Origin: Eledone cirrhosa | Lineage: Eukaryota | Direction of reading: 5' to 3' | Length of the DNA: 64,000 bases | NCBI GenBank assembly: GCA_964016885.1 | Contig: OZ024743.1 | Coordinates: 127,968,001 to 128,032,000 of the forward strand | Shown here: positions 55,707-64,000 of the stretch, piece after piece | How positions within the stretch are numbered: the first letter of the stretch is position 1 | How the letters are laid out: each line of letters begins with the position of its first letter | The notes under the pieces: generated by a model | Database searches by the model: none | What the model was told of the DNA's origin: nothing | The model's input: only the letters and a program-made list of their open reading frames with translations | Made by a program: the position numbers and the translations under genes

Positions 55707-57437
55707 ATACGAGTGAAGGTTCGTGACCTACCGGTTAGAATGTGAAATTGTGAGTTCGATTTCTGGGCCGAGCGGCGCACCAAGAAGAGAGTTGCGGTTA
55801 CACTAGAGCCATGTTGTATTAGTGTTTACCTTTCCCTTGGACAACTTTGGTGGCATGAAAAGGGTATACTTGCATGCACGGGTGATTGCTGCTCTTTCAC
55901 AAAAACACCTTGCCTGGACTCGTTTCTTGCAAAGGAACTTTCCATGTGCAAACCCATGGTCAGTCGTAACTGAGGGGTACCTTTTTTTCATATACAAGCA
56001 AATGAAGAATTTTCTCTCGATCTGCTAGAAATACCAATGAAATCTTTCTAATTTTCAATAAGAAATATTTTCATTTTCAATAGCTCTCAAAATACCGTAT
56101 TTGGTGGCATATAATACCCACTTTCTTTTTTTTCAGAAAACCCCAACTGGGGTTCTTATCAGCTGACCAAACCACTTTACGTGTTACTGAGCTGTGAAAA
56201 TGATGATAGGTATGACACCAACCATCTGCCTAATGTCTTCGTTTCTGATTCTGTCCCTTCTGGTTATACCAGCTGTTTGCCAGAATAAATTGAGGCAAAT
56301 GTAAACGTTGAATAAAACGGGTCAGGAGGGTTAAAATAACTTTTAAAATGAGAGAAACAAAAGAAAAGAATAGTCAATGATTGAAACCCAGCCAATGAAA
56401 TTCTATAATAATGTTTAAGATATCTCATTAACTGGGGATATGGTGGATTATTCAGTAGATAAAGGAAAGGAAGAACAACAGCAACTACGTCTAACATAAT
56501 AACATCAAGCACAATAACAACAACAGCAACAACATCAGGCACAATAACAACAACAGTGATGCAATCCATTAAGATATCGCTGTCTTTAACGGGGCACAAC
56601 GCCAGCTTTCTAAAAAAAAAAAAAAAAGTATAACAGTTGATTTAATCGACTATTACACATTTCGGGGTTTATAAAGTAGAATATAAGGATGGCGGCGAAT
56701 TGGTTCAATTGTTAGTCTTGATAGTTGCTACACATGGTCTTTGATACATATGGTCTTTGATACATCTGCTACTAGTATGCTGATAAGCTAGTACAACGTA
56801 TCTCCAGACGGATAGAGTGGGTCCGTAGCTTTGGTTAGCGACTACTCTAGTGCTGGCAACACGAACAATTAGGGCGAGGGTATAAATGCCAGGTTGGTAT
56901 CTGGCGCCGGGTAACCCACAACACGGAGGAGAAAGCACCTTCTTCAAGACTTGGCTGTCAAATTCTTTCACATGTGTGTAGTAGTGGCGCCCACACACAT
57001 TATTAGCTATTTGAAAAGATGATGGATTTCGCAACTGACTGCACCAGGATTCCTGTTCCTCAGGGAACCGCACCATATGGGGGACGGGGAGTTCTGGGGC
57101 ATGAGAGTGAGATCCATCATCTCGACAGTAGTCGAAGAATGATGATGATGATGATGACATATGGTCTTTGATGTAAAGTGGCAGCAACATAAACGAATTC
57201 CTGTATGGGTACTTTTCAAAAGTAAGTTAAAAGATCAGAGGACGTCAACTCTATCTAACAGGACATTGTACATGACTTTCTGAACATGAAAGCTTGTTCT
57301 GTGGGATCCACGGTACGGAATGGGAAATGTAAGAAGTGCCGTGCCACATCTCTTGACAACCCGAAGCAGGAAACTGAATTGGAATCTATCACAGGAACAG
57401 AAGAGGGCAATGTTGTGCACGTCAAGTCATATATATA

Positions 57438-57545
57438 TAGCGAGATAGAATGGCTCTTCCAGCGCATCTCCCTTACCTACCATCCTCCGGGGAAACGGCT
57501 TCTCCATTCTGTACCCCGGGGCTGTGGGGCGGCCAGCACGTGAGA
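57438..57545 (+). pseudogene. Extreme 3' remnant of a CRE-clade retrotransposon
   Basis: EIEWLFQRISL followed (frameshifted) by RGNGFSIL; compare WLLQRVSLAIVWGNAFAVL at 11.7 kb. Confidence 0.6.
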
Positions 57546-58433
57546 TTCCATTTGCTCACGATACAGAGAGATGGGGATAGAGAGAGAGATGGAGGCGATG
57601 ACGGTGGCAGTTCGGCTCTTCCGTGTTCGGACACATTGTACCTGTCAAGAGTGTATTTTCATATTTACACATCTTCCTGTTTATTGTTTTATATATATGT
57701 GTATATATATATATTCTTTTTATAGCAATATCAGTAGTAACGCTAATATATTGACAACCTAAAGCAAGACACTTGCCTGGAATTTCTCCAGGAACTGAAA
57801 ATGACAATGATGGATAGAGAAGTGGGGAAGAGAGCATCGTTGCTTTGGCCTAAGTAAGTATTCATTCTAGTCATGTATGTTCTGAGTCCAAATCTCACCT
57901 CCTGTTACCGGGAAAATAATAACATGATAATACTGGGAGCCCCTATCAGTAAAACACCCAAGAGGCCTATTCTGAAATATAACCTCATATGAGTCCTGCT
58001 AAGCCTACACAGTTGTTAGTTGTAATAACAAAAACAAAACCCATCAAGAGTAAGCTGTTCCATTGATCAAACAACCAGAACACTCGCCGTCTGTACCGAT
58101 AAACATATACACGCACACAACCCCCCACCATCATCCCCACCACCACCACCACACACATACATACGTCCGCACGCATATATATACTGTTCGATATTTAGTT
58201 TAACATTCTATCATCTCTGCGAGCTTATCTCCACCTTCCACCAATTCTTAACTTCCTGTAATGATTTAGCAGAAAATATCTAAAATACATTTGTTAATTC
58301 AAATGTTTATAGTATCTTTACTGCTGGACAGATCGCTGTGAAAATCTGCTGGAAATTAAAGTAAGGAGTTTCATTTTGAACGTATTTTTTAAGAACGTCT
58401 TGCTAATGTGATTTCATGTTTGTTAGTTTAAAT

Positions 58434-58947
58434 CAGAGGTTCTCGAACTCCCCCCCCCCCCCCCCCCCACCGCCCCCATCAAGTCCATGAAATACCCTCA
58501 GCGGTCCCAACCCTATTTCCAGAGAGACCTACCTACACGCAAATTGTAAATAATATATAATAAATTAAATCCTTAATTTATATATAATAATAATCGTTTT
58601 TACTTTAGGCACAAGGCCAGCAATTACCCAGCACATTACTGGTACTTTATTTTATCGACCCCCGTAAGGATGAAAGGCAAAGTGAACCTCGGCAGGATTT
58701 GAACTCAGACTATAAAGGGGCATAACTCTATGCTGCAAAGCATGGCGTCCGACCCTCTACCGATACTGCCAATCCCCCGCTCTTTATATATTCCCCTACT
58801 ATATTTATATATATGTATCATTTGATATTTAATATACTATTATATCATCTCTACCGCCATGCCACAGCCTCTTTAGGCCCTAGTGGCCCCGGACTTTCTC
58901 AACGCCCCCACCCTCCAGGGGGTAGCGCCCACTTTGAGAAACCTCTG
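58434..58947. mobile_element. hAT-family MITE with 8-bp TSD and nested SINE (~58588-58782, minus)
   Basis: TSD gtttaaat at 58426-58433 and 58948-58955; termini cagaggttctc... / ...gagaaacctctg. Confidence 0.88.
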
Positions 58948-59535
58948 GTTTAAATGTTTACAGTATTATTACTAGTGGACATATCTTTGTGAAAATATGC
59001 AGTAAACTAAAGTAAATGCTTTAGTTTTTAATCTGATACGGTCATAGTGCTATTCTGTACTTTTCAAGAATGTCTTGCTTGTGTTGTTTCAAGCAGTATT
59101 AAAGTAAATAATTCAGTTTTTAATGCCATGCACCCATAGTATTTGCTGTTTCGTACTTTATACGTGGTACAGGGCGTTAAGTATTAATTATCTCTATAAT
59201 ACTCACAAGAATTTTTCACCAGTTGAAAGATTTCACTCTGGCAACAGGTGGTTCTTTATAATTCATAGCTGTGTTTAGTCTGCACTAATTGTTGGCTTCA
59301 AGCGGGATCCTCGAGCAGGATTTTTTCTTTCTTATCTGTAAATGCTTCAACATAGAAGCTAATCCTCAACGTTATTGATGTTTTGCTAGTTAAAATATAA
59401 TACCTAATGTCGCTTAAAAGCCAGATTGTGGCAAGAATAAGGTCAGTGCAACAAGATGGATTTTTTTTTTTCTTTGCTTGTTTTACATTTTTTCTTTGAG
59501 TAGTTTTACTTCAAAAATGTTTTACATATAAATTG

Positions 59536-59623
<88 letters not shown>

Positions 59624-59628
<5 letters not shown>

Positions 59629-59790
59629 TACTACAGGACTAGAACTGTTTCATTCGAAGGAAATCATCAGGATTTCCTTCAAATGAAACAGTTATAGTCT
59701 TGTAGAAGCCATTTTTAGAATAAATATTTATACTCTGCTATGTATTGAGTACCTTATTTACTGGGTTACCCCCGATTGAATCCGGGATAC
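59624..59790. mobile_element. Small fold-back (42-bp arms, 59624-59665 / 59671-59712) with truncated hammerhead and one-sided tail
   Basis: Minus reads CTGATGA tttc-cttc-gaat GAAA cagt T C tagtcc; tail 59720-59790 matches 7453-7522; (GA)n and (CA)/(TA) flanks. Confidence 0.78.
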
Positions 59791-59821
59791 ACACACACGC
59801 ACATATATATATATATATATA

Positions 59822-60010
59822 GTAATAATTGTTTCTACTTTTTGGCACAAGGCCAGCAATTATCCAAGTGTATTACAGGTACTTTATTTTATCGACCCCG
59901 TAAGGATGAAAGGCAAAGTTAACCTCGGCGGGATTTGAACGCAATCCGTAAAGGGACGTAACAAAGCATGGCGTCCGACCCTCTACCGATACTGGCAATC
60001 CACCGCCCTT
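59822..60010 (-). mobile_element. tRNA-derived SINE
   Basis: Reverse complement of the 2366-2551 family. Confidence 0.88.
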
Positions 60011-60050
60011 AATAATAAAGACTAAAATCTTAAAAGGGGTCGATAAGGAT

Positions 60051-60092
<42 letters not shown>

Positions 60093-60103
60093 CCGTAGAG
60101 CAA

Positions 60104-60217
60104 ATATTTATTATTTGTACAGATTAAAGTTTAACCAAAGAATCGCTGATTTCACCCGTAAAAGGGTGAAATCAGCGATTCTTTGCTTAAAGTTTAATCT
60201 GTACAAATAATAAATAT
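60104..60217. mobile_element. Small fold-back (54-bp arms, 6-nt loop) in (TA)n
   Basis: atatttattatttgtacagatt...ttcaccc gtaaaa gggtgaa...gtacaaataataaatat; arm matches 54563-54615. Confidence 0.85.
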
Positions 60218-60224
60218 ATATATA

Positions 60225-60296
<72 letters not shown>

Positions 60297-60422
60297 AAAC
60301 AATAAATATTTGATTTTTGAGCTTCTCAATAAACCAGCTCAATAGACTTTGTCCAGAGCCATAATAATTCAATACTTGAGTTATATATATATATATATAT
60401 AAAAATATATATATATATATAT

Positions 60423-60620
60423 ATAGGAACATTTTCAAGATCCGTCTGCAGAGCTCAAGCCGTTTCGACGACTATTTCTAGTCCAGAAATAGCCGTCGAA
60501 GCGGCTTGAGCTCTGTCGTCGGGGTCTTGAGCATTTTCCTATTACCCACTTTACTACCCTAAGTATTGAGTACTCTGATGCGTTATGGTCCATCTGGTTC
60601 CTTACCACACTTCCTTCGTT
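60423..60620. mobile_element. Small fold-back (60423-60479 / 60485-60542) with one-sided tail in (TA)n
   Basis: cagagctcaagccgtttcgacgactatttct agtcc agaaatagccgtcgaagcggcttgagctctg; tail matches 15837-15977. Confidence 0.8.
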
Positions 60621-62296
60621 ATATATATATATGTATATAAGTAAAAAACAAAAACAATATCAAAGAGTGCCGTACAAACAGTGTTGTTATTAGGTTCACG
60701 TTTAAGAGTGGGGGGGAGGGGGCGTTTCGGGTATAAGCTCTTCATCAGAAGACAGGTGGGAAGATGAAGAGTTCCGAGAAAGTGTGAGGGGGGGAGTGGT
60801 GGAAAGACATTAAAATAAAGAGGGGGGGGAATTAAATGGAAGGAAAAAAAATGAAAATGGAAACAAGTGATGAAAGGGTGTGAGACATGTAGAGGTGGTG
60901 GTGAGTGGATGGAGGGGGAAGGAGAGGGGAGAAGGAAATTGGGGGTCCAAGCGGGGAGGGCGGAAGGTGGTGTGTGTGTATGTGTGTAGGTGTACGTAGG
61001 TATACGCGTGGATGTAAGTGTGAGAGTTGGGGCAGAACAGGGTTCCATGCTCGTGTATTAGGAAAACCAGTGCATACGTGGGGTGGGGTGGGATGTCAGT
61101 CTGTGTGTGTGTGTGTGCGTGTGGATGGAGAGGGGTCGGAAGGGGTAGGGGAGAGGGAGCGTGCGGAGTCCGGAGACAGAGTAGGTGTATGTGAGTATAC
61201 GCACGTGTGTGTGTGTTTTTGTGTGGTGTGGATACGTGGGAATGTATGGTTGCATGTGTGCGAAAATGGTGTAAGTGTTTGTGTGTGTGTGTGTGTGTGT
61301 GTGTTCCTGGGTGTTTTTCCGGTGATTGTGTGGACAGATGGTGAAAAAATCCGGGTATAAAGGTGGCTGTCCAGAGCCTGTGACCAGTGGTATAGGATCC
61401 GTGAAATTGGTGAGGAGAAAGTAGAAAGTTGTGGGGCGCGCGCAACAGGAAGTGGTCATATATATATATATATATTGAAAATAGGAGGCGCTGAGGACAC
61501 AAACACTTTTATAGACGAACTTTGTGAAAATCCAACCAATGAAATGAAGAACATCGCGCGCACACACGTACATTATTCATTGTTAATGTCAACGAAGTAC
61601 TTTTTCTCAAACAAACTCTTTAACGGCAACAAGTCAATCGGGAGGCCCCTACACAGTTAAACTGCGTGCAAGAAATAGCAATCAAATCTCCCTTAAATGA
61701 TAACCTACTTTCTTTAAAAAGGAACTACATATTGAAATGTCAGGGATAGACTGTTTTTAAATCATAGGCCCGTTTCATCCGAACTATTGTATTGAACAAA
61801 TGTATCCCCACCAGTTGTTGGCTATGCTTGACAATGAGTTTGTATCCGCACAGTTAATTTCCAAGGTAGGAGCCTGGTCAAGATGTTTTTGTGGGAGACT
61901 AGTAGTTGCTGAAGCATATCAATTTCCGCTCTTCACACCAATGACATTGTCCAAAGGAAAGGTAAAAGACAATACAGCTTGACATCAGTGTTGTCCGAAC
62001 TCAACTTCTTTTATCAACACAACACATCGCTTGATCGGGCAATTGAATTCGCAATATTATAATCGTGAAACCAACACCCTAATCACTAAGCTATGCACCT
62101 TCGCGGACCATAAGTCTATAAAGGTGTATGCTGAATTAGAAGACGGTGTCTAGTGGAGTATCCATCTACTCACTAAAACATTTTTAACACTTCTAGTCCT
62201 AGAACAGCTACAAACGTGGACAAGATACACATTGAATACTTCTAGTCCAATAATGGATACAAATGGGGACAAAATACACTTTGAACACTTCTAGAG

Positions 62297-62940
62297 TAAT
62301 AATTGTTTCTACTTTTGGCACAAGGCCAGCAATTATCTAAGTGTATTACTGGTACTTTATTTTATCGACCCCGTAAGGATGAAAGGCAAAGTTAACCTCG
62401 GCGGGATTTGAACTCAGTCCGTAAAGGGACGTAACTGTGCTGCAAAGCATGGCGTCCGACCCTCTACCGATACTGCCAATCCACTGGTTTCTGATTTAGG
62501 CACAAGGACAACAGTTTTAGAAGGTAAAGTCGATTTTATCGACCATGTAAGGAAAAAAGGCAAAGTTAACCTTGGCAGGATTTGAACTCAGAACGTAGAA
62601 AGTCGTTGCTAAATATCGCAAAGCATTTTGTCAGACACCCTACCAATACTGCCAGTCTACCGCCCTAATTCTAGTAATAATGGCTACAAATGCGAACAAA
62701 ATACATTTTAAGCACTTCTAGTCCAATAATGATTTCTAATTTTGGCACAAGCTCAGCAGTTAGGGGGAGGAGAATGTCGATTATATCGTCCCCTTTATTT
62801 GATTGGTACTTCATTTTATAGACCCCGAAAAGATGTCTGATAAAGTTGACCTCGGCGGTAGTTGAACACAGAATGTAAAGAGCTGAAGAAATACTGCAAC
62901 GCAATTGTTCGACGCCCTAATGACTCTGCAAATCCAGCGA
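62297..62940 (-). mobile_element. Cluster of three tRNA-derived SINEs interrupting an older ~47-bp tandem repeat
   Basis: SINEs at ~62297-62484, ~62488-62667 and ~62730-62938; acttctagtccaataatgg.tacaaat..gacaaaatacac units at 62188-62294, 62670-62728 and 62940-63010. Confidence 0.8.
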
Positions 62941-64000
62941 CGACTACAAATATAGACAAAATACACTTTAAATACTTCTAATTCAACGATGGCTACAAAT
63001 GTAGACAAAAATCTTTTTCTTCTCTCTTAACATTCGACATGTTTTTATACACAATGAATACTAAGGAGGTCTTTGAAGCCGTCACTCAACCTGCTAGAAA
63101 TAGAAGCCGAATTTCTACGAAATAACATTACTCTCTTTAAAATGGAAGAACACCTTGTATAATGTTGTCCTAGATACACTATGTTTGAAAACGAAGACAG
63201 ATTAGTCACTAAAAATAATGCTAGAAACAGAAGTCAAATCGCCACAAAATCAAAGCTTCTCGTCTAAAAAAATGAAAGAACATATCGTATAATGTAATCC
63301 TAGATACACTATGTTTGAAATAGAAGACAGCAAAGTCGTGGTTGTGACGCTTTTGATGCTATATCTGCTTCCCCAGACCTAACAACACAACAATGGTGAC
63401 AACAATAGCAACGACGACGACAACATATTGCAGACTGACTGTGAGCTATGTTACGGTGTTTTTCATGTTCGTTGGTGGCCGTCAATTAATTTACACCAAT
63501 AGAATTGTTGAAATGAGCTTTATCAAATCTAAATATACCAAATGTTTCTGTGATCCAGGTGTTGAAATCCCGTAAGTCTGGGCCACACTCGTTTAATGTT
63601 GATGTAATTGAATAATAGATAGGGGTGCGTCGGGGTATGTAGGGATATGTTAAAATATGTTGGGGGTATGTGGAGATGTGTTGAGATAGGTGGAGGTGTC
63701 TTAGGGTATGTTTGGGATATGTTGGAGGTTGTTAGAGTATGTAGGAGTATGTTGAGACATGTTGAAGTGCTTTGGCGTATATTTGGGGTATGTTGGGGGT
63801 ATGTTGAAATATGGTGGGGTAGGCTGAGGGTATGTGGAGGTAGTGTGTATGGAATTATGTTGCACTGAAGGTTACTGACAACACGAAAATACATTGAATG
63901 TGTGAAACAGACGGTGTGGACTGATATCCTAGTTGCTATCATTCACACACAAATATATACACAGATAGAAACGCATACACACGAATACACATATACACAA

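Noticed and set aside
60720-60755. Minus-strand hammerhead ctgatga-agagc...gaaa cgcc
   Set aside because: Stem II and stem I 3' strand do not pair; treated as a decayed remnant, as are those at ~8364, ~31745 and ~39905

Overview
AT-rich, repeat-saturated eukaryotic non-coding DNA. The SINE families and extreme (TA)n/(CA)n density suggest a cephalopod such as Octopus; this is an inference, not checked. I find no convincing host protein-coding gene, and most predicted ORFs are microsatellite artefacts. Mobile elements: (1) a near full-length but frameshifted L1/Tx1-type LINE (~20.76-26.5 kb, minus; zinc-knuckle ORF1 plus APE-RT ORF2); (2) a decayed relative (41.2-43.96 kb) abutting a ~5.4-kb 56-bp satellite; (3) 5'-truncated RTE, CRE and R4/Dong-type retrotransposons; (4) two Penelope-like (GIY-YIG) remnants; (5) hAT and Tc1/pogo-type MITEs; (6) about 20 tRNA-derived SINEs. 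The most striking signal is invisible in the ORF track. At least 8-9 short, non-coding fold-back (palindromic) elements from several unrelated families sit in or against (TA)n/(GA)n microsatellites. About 10 readable hammerhead ribozyme motifs (CUGANGA-stem II-GAAA-short, often palindromic stem III-UH) lie in these and in similar non-inverted TA-embedded inserts. One fold-back (15.0-15.4 kb) matches the 3' end of the Penelope-like element at 38.0-39.5 kb. This points to a population of microsatellite-targeted, ribozyme-bearing, hairpin-forming Penelope-derived mini-elements.
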